From IMG/VR virus record IMGVR_UViG_3300002143_000172, positions 64,001 to 128,000 of that record: 64,000 nucleotides of DNA, one strand, 5' to 3'. The DNA is from a virus. Positions 37,072 to 46,185 of the stretch are shown here, piece by piece. Numbering within the stretch: the stretch's first letter is position 1; each line of letters begins with the position of its first letter. The translations under genes were made by a program, and so were the position numbers. Below the pieces are notes generated by a model. That model was not told the origin of the DNA. It did no database searches and saw only the letters and a list, made by a program, of their open reading frames with translations.

Positions 37072-38724
37072 TTAAACCATTATGGTTATAGTATATTCCA
37101 TTGTAGTCTCAACTTCATCAAAGTTATAAGCAACCACTGATATGTAATTAAGTGCGTCATTATCCATGTTAGTTGAGAACGCTAGTAAATTCGAAGTATC
37201 GGTTATTACTTCGGAATAGTTGTAATAGTCACTTACTGATGCAAAGTTATCGCTTGAAATATTTACGGTCAATGTACCTTTCCTGCTCATGTTGTCATTA
37301 CCTATTTGATATTCAATCAATGCAATCTGGTCATGTCCTGTAAGAGGAATTTTACAAACTTCTTGGTTATTAGTTGATGCGGCTAATGTAACATTTTCTG
37401 GGATAGTGTTTTCTATCTTTGCATGTTGGCTTGCTATAGGATTATAGTAAAAGCCCGGATCGGAATTAACCGAAACTTCTTTTCTATTAAATCGATCGTT
37501 TATTGATGTATTACCCATTGAATCAAATTTAAAAATTGGATTCTTTTGTTGCGTGATATTTTTATCAGCAATGGTTCCTAAATTACCCACAGTTCTATAG
37601 ATATTCTCTCTGCTTATCAAATTAGTTGCAGAATCATTTTGGGTAGTTTCAATTGCATACTCTCGGATGTCTTGAAATCTATTTTTAGTGACTAAAGTAT
37701 GTTGTGCAATTCTGCCTGTTGGATCTGCATTTGCAGATGATACGCGAATTCCAGTTTTTAGATAGCCAAAGGTGCTGTTGGAAATTTTTGTGCCGCTAAT
37801 ACGACCAATTAAATTAACTCCTCGCTCTATATTTTTAAAAACACAATTTTGTACCAGAGTGCTGTAAGCAACTGCTCCGGTTAAGTCCGATCCGAGATTT
37901 CCTCTAACAGTAATAGCAGTACCGGTGCTTACATAAGTAGAGGTCGATATATTAGCGTCTTTAGTTGTAAATTCTATATTATTGATTGTAGGTTTCTCAC
38001 AGTTATCTATTGTGATTAGGCTTGCTGTATTAACATTATCTTTTTTATAAGCAAGAGTCATATCTTCCAATGTTACATATTTTGAAGAAAACTCACCGGT
38101 CTGCATTGTAACTGAGAAATTATTTCCTAACCCATCCACGGTCCTAAATAAATTTGTAGCATTGTTAGTCAATGTAATTGATGTAATACCCGGACCTTCT
38201 CCACGCAAGTGGGCATATGGAGGTAAATCAACTACAGAAGAAACTCTAAAGTCTCCCGCAGGGATTTCTAAAACTCGAACGGTTCCAGTTCCATAAAATT
38301 CGTTGGAATAGATATCCTGTATAGCCCTAGTTAACGCATCCGTGATGTCAGTCCCGTCAATAAGAGCCTCTTGAGTAAAATCATGTAGGTTTACTGTAGC
38401 GTCTAGTTTTTTAGCAATCGTAGTTGTAGTACTTCTAAACTGACTAAATGGTAGATCATCGCGATATCTATATGTACTTGTACTAGCGGCAGAGCCTGTT
38501 AGACTGTGGCTTCCTTCTATCAGGTTAAAGAAATTTTGAAGGTCCTTATCGGTTAGGACCCTAGCATTATCATCGCTATTCGCTCCTTCAGATACCCGCT
38601 TACCAATATATAGATTTTGTGTATCTTCTGCCCAACCAAATTCGCCGGGCTCTAGTTGAGGAACGCCGGTTTCGTGCTCTTGTCCTCTACGGACCTGTAT
38701 TCTCGCGATTTCTATTACAGCCAT
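37072..38724 (-). CDS. Virion structural protein with pectate-lyase-like beta-helix
   Basis: IQVRRG...L.PGEFGWA.D...LYIG attachment module; DG.DIT.A..RAI, IPAG.F; late box upstream. Confidence 0.75.
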   Translation of the reverse strand: MAVIEIARIQVRRGQEHETGVPQLEPGEFGWAEDTQNLYIGKRVSEGANSDDNARVLTDKDLQNFFNLIEGSHSLTGSAASTSTYRYRDDLPFSQFRSTTTTIAKKLDATVNLHDFTQEALIDGTDITDALTRAIQDIYSNEFYGTGTVRVLEIPAGDFRVSSVVDLPPYAHLRGEGPGITSITLTNNATNLFRTVDGLGNNFSVTMQTGEFSSKYVTLEDMTLAYKKDNVNTASLITIDNCEKPTINNIEFTTKDANISTSTYVSTGTAITVRGNLGSDLTGAVAYSTLVQNCVFKNIERGVNLIGRISGTKISNSTFGYLKTGIRVSSANADPTGRIAQHTLVTKNRFQDIREYAIETTQNDSATNLISRENIYRTVGNLGTIADKNITQQKNPIFKFDSMGNTSINDRFNRKEVSVNSDPGFYYNPIASQHAKIENTIPENVTLAASTNNQEVCKIPLTGHDQIALIEYQIGNDNMSRKGTLTVNISSDNFASVSDYYNYSEVITDTSNLLAFSTNMDNDALNYISVVAYNFDEVETTMEYTITIMV

Positions 38725-38757
38725 AAAAATATCCCTGTTATAGGGATATTTATCTTA

Positions 38758-39483
38758 TTAGTTCGTGAGTTTTTGTTTGAGTCCGCGCATACCAGTGGTG
38801 TAGTATTCGTTTACTTTGTCTAACCACTGACTTTGCCAGTGTTCAAACTCGTCGGGCCAAAGATCAAATTGCTGGTACTGTAAATCTCTGCTACACATGA
38901 ACACATGACCTTCTTTTATGTTGGTACCGTAGACTTCATTGTGTGCTAAGATATATGCTATAAGTTGTATTTTGTAATCACCAACCCATTCTTCTTTTTT
39001 AGGTTTGTTGGTTTGTTTATAATCGCATACGCTAGGATTGCCTTTATAAACACCCACTAAGTCAGTTGTGCCGCTGTATAGACCTGGAAAGTACAAACTT
39101 TGTTCCATTGCCCAAATTTCGGACATGTCAACAAGGCCTTTTTCAATAATAACATCGGCCATTTTGTTGGCTTGTATATGTACAGGATTGTTTCCAGGTT
39201 GACGCTGAACCCCGGCAATAAATCTTTCTAAATTGCCATGCATAGCAGTTCCTACACCAGCAGCCTCATTGGTGATTTGTTGAGCCTTGTCATGTCCTAT
39301 CTTATCACGCCATGCGTTTAAGGAAGTCATGTCTTTGGTAGAACTTAGGATAGTGGTCACACTTGGTAGTGTTTCACCGTCGGGAGTTTGGTAAACTCTT
39401 TTACGAGTTACCGGATCATTTATTTGCTTACAGTTTTTATATTGGAATCGTTCAACGAACGGTGGAGGAGTATAAGTTTGCAT
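38758..39483 (-). CDS. PD-(D/E)xK exonuclease
   Basis: LPSVTTIL, GTAMH, GTTD, DYKQ, QLIAY. Confidence 0.88.
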   Translation of the reverse strand: MQTYTPPPFVERFQYKNCKQINDPVTRKRVYQTPDGETLPSVTTILSSTKDMTSLNAWRDKIGHDKAQQITNEAAGVGTAMHGNLERFIAGVQRQPGNNPVHIQANKMADVIIEKGLVDMSEIWAMEQSLYFPGLYSGTTDLVGVYKGNPSVCDYKQTNKPKKEEWVGDYKIQLIAYILAHNEVYGTNIKEGHVFMCSRDLQYQQFDLWPDEFEHWQSQWLDKVNEYYTTGMRGLKQKLTN

Positions 39484-39490
39484 AGTGTTA

Positions 39491-39519
39491 ATTATAACAC
39501 CTGCAACCTACCGTGTCAA
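39491..39519 (-). promoter_or_regulatory. Consensus sigma70 promoter (extended -10), ATG 7 nt downstream
   Basis: TTGACA-17-TATAAT with TG. Confidence 0.85.
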
Positions 39520-39866
39520 ATATCTGGACTTAACTTCTTAGAGTTAGCCGAAGCCATTTTGTCAACGCTGGGTCCTGTTGCTTTTTTAGGAGCAGTTCCC
39601 TGTTCTTGATTAGCACCTTGTACTTTGGTGTTTAAGGTAACGGTACCATCATCGGAAATATCTTGGATAACATCACCACTTGGATCAACAGCATTTTTGA
39701 GTGCGATCAACCCATCTGGAGTGCTAATACCCAATCCAAACGGTTTTAAAATATTCATTACAACGGGAAAGGGCAGTTCACTTGTCTGCCCTTCTTTGTC
39801 TGCCAGGCCCTGCATTACTGCTAATACATCCCTGACAGACCCTTGGTCTACTTCAAATAATCTCAT
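39516..39866 (-). CDS. Hypothetical protein (MRLFEV N-terminus)
   Basis: 116-aa ORF, TAATG coupling. Confidence 0.7.
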   Translation of the reverse strand: MRLFEVDQGSVRDVLAVMQGLADKEGQTSELPFPVVMNILKPFGLGISTPDGLIALKNAVDPSGDVIQDISDDGTVTLNTKVQGANQEQGTAPKKATGPSVDKMASANSKKLSPDI

Positions 39867-41188
39867 TACCTTGCTAACTTAGACATAATGTTGTGAGCTT
39901 CGGATAACTTACGAGCACGGCGTTGTTCTTTGCTTTCACGCATTGCACGACCTGTTACTTCAGCGCCGCCTGCGGCAGCATCTGCACCTGCAAACTCGTC
40001 CCCTGCCAGTGAATTCATCATGTCTGGGCCAGCGGCATCCATACCTGGCTCTGCTCCCATTGGCATCTCTGGTGCTGCCTCGCCTGCTAGTACTGCAACC
40101 GCATTGCTGATAGCTTCGCGCTGTTGTGTCAGTACTTCTAGTGTAGCACTTAAAGCTGGTCCGACTGACTGTTTGAATGTTTCAGATTCTTGAGCACCGA
40201 AATCTGCTTTGATAGCATCGGCTAGTTCAATCATGGTCTTTGTTTGATACTGACCAACTCGTTGCATCCAACTTGTGAAGTCATTGACCATATCGCCTGC
40301 GGCTGTAATTGCCTTGGCCTTGCCCTCTTCATCTTCCTGCAATAAGAACTGTAAACTTTCATTTACGAATCTTACATTGTGTTTGAATTGGCTTTCTTTA
40401 ACTTTCTTCTTATCCTTAACGGCTTTCTTCATTGGTTCTTTCTTATTGCCATCTTTGTCCATGTTAAGGAAGTCTGGTTTAGCTTTCTTGCTTTCCCACA
40501 TGCCTGCACACTCTTTACAACCTTTGGTCATTTTTGTATGACCTTCGGAGCAAGACTTGCCTTCATCTAGATCTTTTTCTTTATCAGCATTTTTATCTGC
40601 TTTCTGACTCTGCCACCCTTGTACTTTGCGTACATTAACATCAACATCGCCGCCGCCTTGTTTCTTCATCTTAACTGTGCGTGAAGTTTCTTTTGATGGT
40701 TTACGATCGGTGTCGTCTTCTTTAACTTTAGCAAATGGGTTAACACCCTTCTTAGGACCTGCTTTCTTGTCAGCGACAGCTTTTTTCATTGGCTCTTTTT
40801 TGTCGCCGTCTTTGTCCATGTTAAGGAAGTCTGGTTTTGCACCCTTGGCACTAATCTTTGTTTTTGGGGGGCGTGTGCCCTTTTTAGCTTCGTTTAGCGC
40901 ATCCATTTTGTCGCGCAATTTTTGCATTTGTTCGCCTAGCATCTCTTTAATCCTTATGTTGAGCAATTCTAACATTGCTTTATCTTTTTGGTATGACTCA
41001 TTCTTTAACAAATCATTGTAACCCGATTTACCTTCGTGGTGGAAAACACGGGTGCGTAATTTGTTACGCATATCTTCCAATTGCTCACGGTTATATTTTT
41101 CAAAGTTAATTGTAGTACCAAACTGTTTGGTAATATTTTCTTTCAACTTTGAACTTGAAATTTTACTTGCGAAATCTGTGGGCTTCAT
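39866..41188 (-). CDS. Charged putative head-internal/scaffold-like protein with internal repeats
   Basis: Two KPDFLNMDKDGxKKEPMKKAV repeats; TATAAATA upstream. Confidence 0.65.
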   Translation of the reverse strand: MKPTDFASKISSSKLKENITKQFGTTINFEKYNREQLEDMRNKLRTRVFHHEGKSGYNDLLKNESYQKDKAMLELLNIRIKEMLGEQMQKLRDKMDALNEAKKGTRPPKTKISAKGAKPDFLNMDKDGDKKEPMKKAVADKKAGPKKGVNPFAKVKEDDTDRKPSKETSRTVKMKKQGGGDVDVNVRKVQGWQSQKADKNADKEKDLDEGKSCSEGHTKMTKGCKECAGMWESKKAKPDFLNMDKDGNKKEPMKKAVKDKKKVKESQFKHNVRFVNESLQFLLQEDEEGKAKAITAAGDMVNDFTSWMQRVGQYQTKTMIELADAIKADFGAQESETFKQSVGPALSATLEVLTQQREAISNAVAVLAGEAAPEMPMGAEPGMDAAGPDMMNSLAGDEFAGADAAAGGAEVTGRAMRESKEQRRARKLSEAHNIMSKLAR

Positions 41189-41221
41189 ATGGTGAGTTCC
41201 AAAAAGTTATATTAAACTTAT

Positions 41222-41686
41222 TTATACGAGTTTAATAAGTTTCTGATAGCTTGAGACCAAAGATCTTCTGTGGAGCGCCTTCTTTGCTCGAGCTATATTT
41301 GCTTTAGTAGTTACTATTTCGTAAGTCTCTAACGATTTGGGGCCTTTTTTAGAAGCAATTCTAGTTTGTAATTGTTCTTCAAATTCAGCATACCCGTAGT
41401 ATCGATCATGATTTAAGATAATGTCGTTTCTAAAACGACCCAATGCTAGATCATTGGCTAAAATTACGGCAGTTTGCGGTAAATTTATTCTTTCTATTAT
41501 CGGTTCACCTGCTCTATCTAATATACTGTATCCGTAATCAGTTTTAACGATCTTATAAAATCCAACATTAACAGAACCGTCATTATTCCTTAAGGGAATA
41601 ACGATTCCTTTTTTTCTAAGAGTCCGTTTAACTTCGTTAGACAAGACTTCTATTTTTTTATAAAGTTCAGCTGGAATATTTTTCAT
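41222..41686 (-). CDS. Hypothetical protein
   Basis: 154-aa ORF. Confidence 0.7.
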   Translation of the reverse strand: MKNIPAELYKKIEVLSNEVKRTLRKKGIVIPLRNNDGSVNVGFYKIVKTDYGYSILDRAGEPIIERINLPQTAVILANDLALGRFRNDIILNHDRYYGYAEFEEQLQTRIASKKGPKSLETYEIVTTKANIARAKKALHRRSLVSSYQKLIKLV

Positions 41687-41879
41687 TTAGGTTATTGATC
41701 AATGTGATGTTATCTTTACTTATTTTATAAACTCCCTTACGGACTAAACCTTGGGCAATCCATTGATCGTGCTCATCTAAACTCGGTATCTTTACAGCCC
41801 CAGTATGATGCTCAATGAATTGTTGCTCTTCATTAGTAATGTGGATAGATGGGCCATCGATGAGCTGATGTATTTTCAT
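41667..41879 (-). CDS. Small hypothetical protein
   Basis: 70-aa ORF, winged-helix-like LVRKGV. Confidence 0.65.
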   Translation of the reverse strand: MKIHQLIDGPSIHITNEEQQFIEHHTGAVKIPSLDEHDQWIAQGLVRKGVYKISKDNITLINNLNEKYSS

Positions 41880-42229
41880 TATACTGTTTTTTGCAACTGT
41901 TGTTGCATTTGTTGTTGTTTTTGTTTTAGCCCCACAATCTGTGCGGCAATTTTATCTAAGTCGGTCATTGCCTGCTTAGATTGATCTGCAAATTGTTGTA
42001 CTTGCTGTGCTTGCTGTGCTTGTTGCGGATCTTGTCCTACCTGTTGATTTGGAGGAGGAGTTACAGGAGTTACAGGAGTTTGCCCTGCTACTGTAGATGG
42101 CGGAGTGCCATTCGATGCAGTAGGTGGAGTAGTAGTTCCTGTTTGTGCCGGAGTAGTAACTGGAGGTTTCTGTGCTTGCCCCGGGGGTACAGGTGCAACT
42201 GTCTCTTCAAATAATTCGCTTATTCTCAT
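41879..42229 (-). CDS. Pro/Thr/Gln-rich protein (MRISELFE N-terminus)
   Basis: Low complexity; coupled to neighbours. Confidence 0.7.
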   Translation of the reverse strand: MRISELFEETVAPVPPGQAQKPPVTTPAQTGTTTPPTASNGTPPSTVAGQTPVTPVTPPPNQQVGQDPQQAQQAQQVQQFADQSKQAMTDLDKIAAQIVGLKQKQQQMQQQLQKTV

Positions 42230-42230
42230 G

Positions 42231-42467
42231 TTATTTCTGTAGTACTACAACGACTAGTCCTAAAATTCCAGTAATAACTGTACCGGCAGTACCAATGAGT
42301 ATCCTAGTAATGCTGTTTTGACTAGTTTGAATCAATACTTGTAATGTGGTTAGTTTTTCTTCAACGCTGGTCAATCTCTTGTCCAGGCTTTCGTATCGAG
42401 ATGCACATAAATCAACATGGGCTTCTAGATTTTCTCTTTCTATATCAATTGGACCTTGTACGGTCAT
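42231..42467 (-). CDS. Small coiled-coil protein with C-terminal TM helix
   Basis: LEAHVDLCASRY...TM; SD AGGAG. Confidence 0.75.
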   Translation of the reverse strand: MTVQGPIDIERENLEAHVDLCASRYESLDKRLTSVEEKLTTLQVLIQTSQNSITRILIGTAGTVITGILGLVVVVLQK

Positions 42468-42512
42468 AGTTTATCTCCTAAAGGTATTACTCTCATGCTA
42501 TCCTACGATGCC

Positions 42513-42941
42513 TTACAGTGTGCCTTTATGAGCCTTGATGATAATGTTTTTAGAGGTACGGTCTTTACAATCAAAGATCGCCTTGTCTATATTTACCGTT
42601 TCTGTGAGATTTTTTATGATTGGTACAGAGTCGAGATCTTCAACTAAACTACCTTTAGCGTCACCATGCTCGTCGGCATATACGCCAACTCTATCAGGAA
42701 TAAACTTAAAGGTCCATACACGATGCTTGCCTTTGAACTCGCTACCGAACCCTAACTCTTTTACATCAATCATTTCTGAGGCAGGCGGATTATCATAGGA
42801 AATAATACTTCTAATTTCTACACACTGTCTTAGTGTGATAAAGTTTCTATTTTGGTCATACTCAAGTTGACTTCCTTGGTTAGGTCGTATTACCCGTGTA
42901 TTGGTGATGTCAACTAAAGTTTGAATTTCTATTATTTCCAT
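42513..42941 (-). CDS. Hypothetical (probably virion-associated) protein
   Basis: TLVDITNT...Q..N..TL.Q motif; late box upstream. Confidence 0.7.
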   Translation of the reverse strand: MEIIEIQTLVDITNTRVIRPNQGSQLEYDQNRNFITLRQCVEIRSIISYDNPPASEMIDVKELGFGSEFKGKHRVWTFKFIPDRVGVYADEHGDAKGSLVEDLDSVPIIKNLTETVNIDKAIFDCKDRTSKNIIIKAHKGTL

Positions 42942-42973
42942 AAAGTACCTATATAATGTATTTATGGCCAAAA

Positions 42974-42997
42974 GAAAAGGGACTTAAAAAAGTCCCT
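42974..42997 (-). terminator. Intrinsic terminator (copy also at ~43524-43546)
   Basis: AGGGACT stem followed by a U tract on the minus strand. Confidence 0.75.
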
Positions 42998-43018
42998 AGT
43001 CTTAAATCTAATTAAAGA

Positions 43019-43414
43019 TTATAGTGTGAACGCTGTAACAGATACGCTACCTAATGCGATACCGTTAACTGTACCAACTGCCTTAATTGCTGTTTCTAAA
43101 GCATCTGCTGTGCTAGATTCTTCGTCTGGAAGACCCATGCCTAACCCACTTGGGCTTAGAGAGTCTGCGCCAGTATCTTCAATAGCAATGCGTAGATCGC
43201 GATTTGCACCTGTACCAGTGTTTTGAACTGTACCGATCATTGCTACTGTGGCAAATAATGAGCAAGCCTGAATAGTCTTGTCAATTGCACCGTTTACAAC
43301 ACCAACTTGACCATTTACTGCGGCTGGGAAGGCAATGTTAAAAAAACTTAGTGTACTTGGACGCTGACTTGGGGCTGCGACTGAACCGTTAACTCGTGTA
43401 ATTCCTGCTGACAT
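43019..43414 (-). CDS. Putative abundant virion structural protein, paralogue B
   Basis: MSAGITRVNGSVAAPSQRPSTL; strong SD AAGGAG; own late box and terminator. Confidence 0.7.
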   Translation of the reverse strand: MSAGITRVNGSVAAPSQRPSTLSFFNIAFPAAVNGQVGVVNGAIDKTIQACSLFATVAMIGTVQNTGTGANRDLRIAIEDTGADSLSPSGLGMGLPDEESSTADALETAIKAVGTVNGIALGSVSVTAFTL

Positions 43415-43567
43415 AATATTTCTCCTTTATCTAAAATGTCCACTCCGCTCAGGAGTGTTTTTGGTAATAATATTTATGCTGTTTGGAAAAAATATGCGGA
43501 AATGGCCTAAATTTAGGCCAAAAGAAAAGGGACTTAAAAAGTCCCTAATCTCAAATCTAATTAAAGA

Positions 43568-43969
43568 TTATAATGTGAAAGCGGCAACAGTAGCACCTGT
43601 TAAATCAATGCTATTTTCACCAACATCGTCACCTAGAGCAGTGATTGCGGCTTCTAGAGCGGCTGCTGTGGTAGCTGCCTCATCTGGAAGGCCCATACCT
43701 AAACCACTTGGGCTAAGACTATCAACACCTGTGTCTTCAATACCGATAACTAATCCCTGTCCTGTACCACCTGTAGCACTTAATGTTCCGACCATTGCTA
43801 CTGTAGCAAATTCTGAACATGCGCGGACTGCTTGATCAATAGCGCCATTGACAAGACCGACTTCGGCCGTACAATCAACACCAAAATCAATTTGGAAAAA
43901 AGTTAGCGTACTTGGACGCTGACTTGGGGCTGCAACTGAGCCATGAACTCGTGTAATTCCTGCTGACAT
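43568..43969 (-). CDS. Putative abundant virion structural protein, paralogue A
   Basis: MSAGITRVHGSVAAPSQRPSTL; shares IEDTG.DSLSPSGLGMGLPDE with paralogue B. Confidence 0.7.
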   Translation of the reverse strand: MSAGITRVHGSVAAPSQRPSTLTFFQIDFGVDCTAEVGLVNGAIDQAVRACSEFATVAMVGTLSATGGTGQGLVIGIEDTGVDSLSPSGLGMGLPDEAATTAAALEAAITALGDDVGENSIDLTGATVAAFTL

Positions 43970-44062
43970 AATATTTCTCCTTTATCTGAATATGTCCACT
44001 CCGCTCCGGAGTGTTTTATGTAATAGTATTTATGACAACTGGGAAAAATGTGCCCAAATGGG

Positions 44063-44365
44063 TTAAAGATCGTCGTCTTTTACATCACCCTCTAGTATTT
44101 TGAGGTGTCTAGCTGTATCCTTGCTGTCGCGCAACTTGCGTATGCTACGGACGAACTTAGCTGGATCACTACCTTTTATGCTATTAATAAGCCTGCGCTC
44201 TAGCTCATACGCATCTTCTGGGTTATAATTCTCTTTGATTAGAGCTAGAAGATTGATAGCACTATCGATGACATGGGCGGCTCTACTTTCAATAATAGCA
44301 TCGCTATTCTTCTTGATAGTTATCGAATTGAGTTCTTCTAAAAGACTACGGGTGGCTCGTTTCAA
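44063..44365 (-). CDS. Conserved hypothetical phage protein
   Basis: TRSLLEEL...IESRA.HVI.SAINL...LERRL.NSI; SD AAGGA. Confidence 0.75.
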   Translation of the reverse strand: MKRATRSLLEELNSITIKKNSDAIIESRAAHVIDSAINLLALIKENYNPEDAYELERRLINSIKGSDPAKFVRSIRKLRDSKDTARHLKILEGDVKDDDL

Positions 44366-44441
44366 GATAGTTTCCTTTCTTTTATTTATTTGTTGTTAGT
44401 GTTAGTTTAACATAACGAATGGGCAAATAACAACTTGTAAA

Positions 44442-44457
44442 TTGTGCGGTCGCAACA
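44442..44457. promoter_or_regulatory. Dyad resembling a PhaR/PhbF operator
   Basis: TTGTGC-GGTC-GCAACA next to the TAAATA box of the plus-strand operon. Confidence 0.4.
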
Positions 44458-44522
44458 TATAATACTAAATACTCAGTAGAAACGCTAATATCTTTCTACA
44501 CACACTTACAGAGGAAATTGAA

Positions 44523-44702
44523 ATGGAAACTATATCAACCCGTATGTTGAACATGATTGCTCGATTGAGCGAAATGTTCCCAGACAGCTCTTATCAGAGC
44601 CGCTTAGATGCATACCTAAGCACCAAAGGCATTACCGATGCCGCACAACTAGATAATTATATACAACAATACTACTACTCTCAAAAGGAAAAATATCTAT
44701 GA
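44523..44702 (+). CDS. Small protein, DUF3563-like (59 aa, absent from ORF track)
   Basis: METISTRMLNMIARLSEMFPDSSYQSRLDAYLSTKGITDAAQLDNYIQQY...; SD GAGG. Confidence 0.6.
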   Translation: METISTRMLNMIARLSEMFPDSSYQSRLDAYLSTKGITDAAQLDNYIQQYYYSQKEKYL

Positions 44703-44821
44703 AAAAAATAATTAATGCTATCTATGAACTAATTACCGCAGTTGGACAAGCAAGCCAGGCAGCTTACCTAGCCCGTCACGGCAACTATAAAGAAGCCAAA
44801 TTACTCATGATGAAACGATAA
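44699..44821 (+). CDS. Small amphipathic protein (40 aa, absent from ORF track)
   Basis: MKKIINAIYELITAVGQASQAAYLARHGNYKEAKLLMMKR; ATGA overlap, SD AAGGA. Confidence 0.6.
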   Translation: MKKIINAIYELITAVGQASQAAYLARHGNYKEAKLLMMKR

Positions 44822-44830
44822 GAGGTAAAC

Positions 44831-45406
44831 ATGAAGCTGGTTTATATCCACGGCGCTAATGCCACTAGCGAAAGCTTCAATTATATCAAAAGCAAACTAG
44901 GTAATGGTATAGACATTGACTATGATAGCCGTAATGGGTTTGAAAATAACCTAAAAGACATGCAGTCAACACTACAGGACCATACGGACCTAGTGTTTGT
45001 TGCTCACAGTCTAGGCGGCATCTATAGTTTGCATTTGGCCAACTCAATGCCCGCCGCTGTTAAGGGTGCTGTTACACTAAGCACCCCTTATGGTGGTGCT
45101 GAAGTTGCAGACTATGTACAATACTTCCTACCGTTTAGTAGATTAATGCGCGACATTGGTCCTAGCAGTTGGGTAATGAGACAAGCAGATAAAATTAAAA
45201 TACAGCATCCGTGGTGTAATGTGGTTACTGTAAAAGGACACAGTCCATTCATTACCGAGCCCAATGATGGCGTTGTAACTATCAGCAGTCAGAGGCATCA
45301 TGCTGATATGGAATTAGTGGAAGTAGATTACAACCACTATGAGGTTGTGCTTAGTGATGAAGTTATTAAAATTATTAAAGAACGAACAAATAAGTTCAAG
45401 AAATAA
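44831..45406 (+). CDS. Alpha/beta hydrolase (lipase/esterase-like)
   Basis: IHG, AHSLGG, TPYGG, NDGVV, NH. Confidence 0.88.
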   Translation: MKLVYIHGANATSESFNYIKSKLGNGIDIDYDSRNGFENNLKDMQSTLQDHTDLVFVAHSLGGIYSLHLANSMPAAVKGAVTLSTPYGGAEVADYVQYFLPFSRLMRDIGPSSWVMRQADKIKIQHPWCNVVTVKGHSPFITEPNDGVVTISSQRHHADMELVEVDYNHYEVVLSDEVIKIIKERTNKFKK

Positions 45407-45491
45407 TTGCTTTTTTTCATATAGGCATATATAATAGTACATAGGGAAAAAGAAGTACCTATACAGACATACACACACAAGGAGAATTACA

Positions 45492-45773
45492 ATGTCAAAC
45501 ACATTCAATACACCAAAATTGCCCGAGTTCAAAGTTAATCAATCTAGGAATGGATATGAACTGAGAACAGACATCTTGGGCATGGCCAAGGATCTAGTTC
45601 AATCGGAACATAGCATAAAGTTCCATGGTTGGGAAATGACTGCCAAGCGTGACGAGAAGACTAATCAGATCGTTGGCACAGTAGAAATGCCATCGTTTCC
45701 AGGACTTGACAAAGTTCTAGAAACAGCTGAAAAGATGTATGCCTTTGTAAACTCAGGCGTTGCAAAGAAGTAA
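45492..45773 (+). CDS. Hypothetical protein
   Basis: NGYELRTDIL.MAK...VLETAEKMY.FV; SD AAGGAG. Confidence 0.75.
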   Translation: MSNTFNTPKLPEFKVNQSRNGYELRTDILGMAKDLVQSEHSIKFHGWEMTAKRDEKTNQIVGTVEMPSFPGLDKVLETAEKMYAFVNSGVAKK

Positions 45774-45829
45774 TATTAAAATATATATAGTGGCGTAGCC
45801 TACAATAATAATATAAAATATATGTGGTA

Positions 45830-45866
45830 CAAAGGATTGGGCAGTTTTGTCCAATTCTTTTTTTTG
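45830..45866 (+). terminator. Intrinsic terminator
   Basis: GGATTGGGCA-GTTT-TGTCCAATTC followed by a long T run. Confidence 0.7.
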
Positions 45867-45969
45867 GACAAATATATTTTAAAATCTTGTCAACGGGTTT
45901 ACTGGCTCAAGCGTTATATATATGTAGGGGAAATAATTCTTCCTACAAATTAACCAAAAAGGAAATACC

Positions 45970-46185
45970 ATGAAATTGATCGCAACCACAATCGCAACTT
46001 TGTTCGCAGTCTCCGCTTTTGCCGCAGAACCAGCTAAGGCTCCTGCAACTCCTGCTCCAGCCGCTACAGCAAGTGCCCCGGCTAAAGCTGAAGTTAAGAA
46101 AGACGAAAAGAAGCCTGCAAAAAGTCAACCTGCTAAGAAAGACGCACCTAAAGCAGACGCCAAAGCCGTACCAGCCGCAAAGTAA
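45970..46185 (+). CDS. Secreted Ala/Lys/Pro-rich small protein (acid-shock-protein-like)
   Basis: Signal peptide ending AFA; SD AAGGA. Confidence 0.8.
   Translation: MKLIATTIATLFAVSAFAAEPAKAPATPAPAATASAPAKAEVKKDEKKPAKSQPAKKDAPKADAKAVPAAK

Larger units (their letters stand above)
42962..44033. repeat. Tandem duplication of an ~550-bp transcription unit
   Basis: Repeated terminator (aaaagggacttaaaaa(a)gtccct), repeated CACTCC/GGAGTG leader hairpin, repeated SD, paralogous ORFs. Confidence 0.9.

Noticed and set aside
43455-43835. 126-aa plus-strand ORF
   Set aside because: Antisense to the duplicated gene that has an SD, promoter and paralogue support.
45774-45830. AT-rich stretch as a replication origin
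   Set aside because: No iterons or other supporting structure; consistent with a 3' UTR before a terminator.
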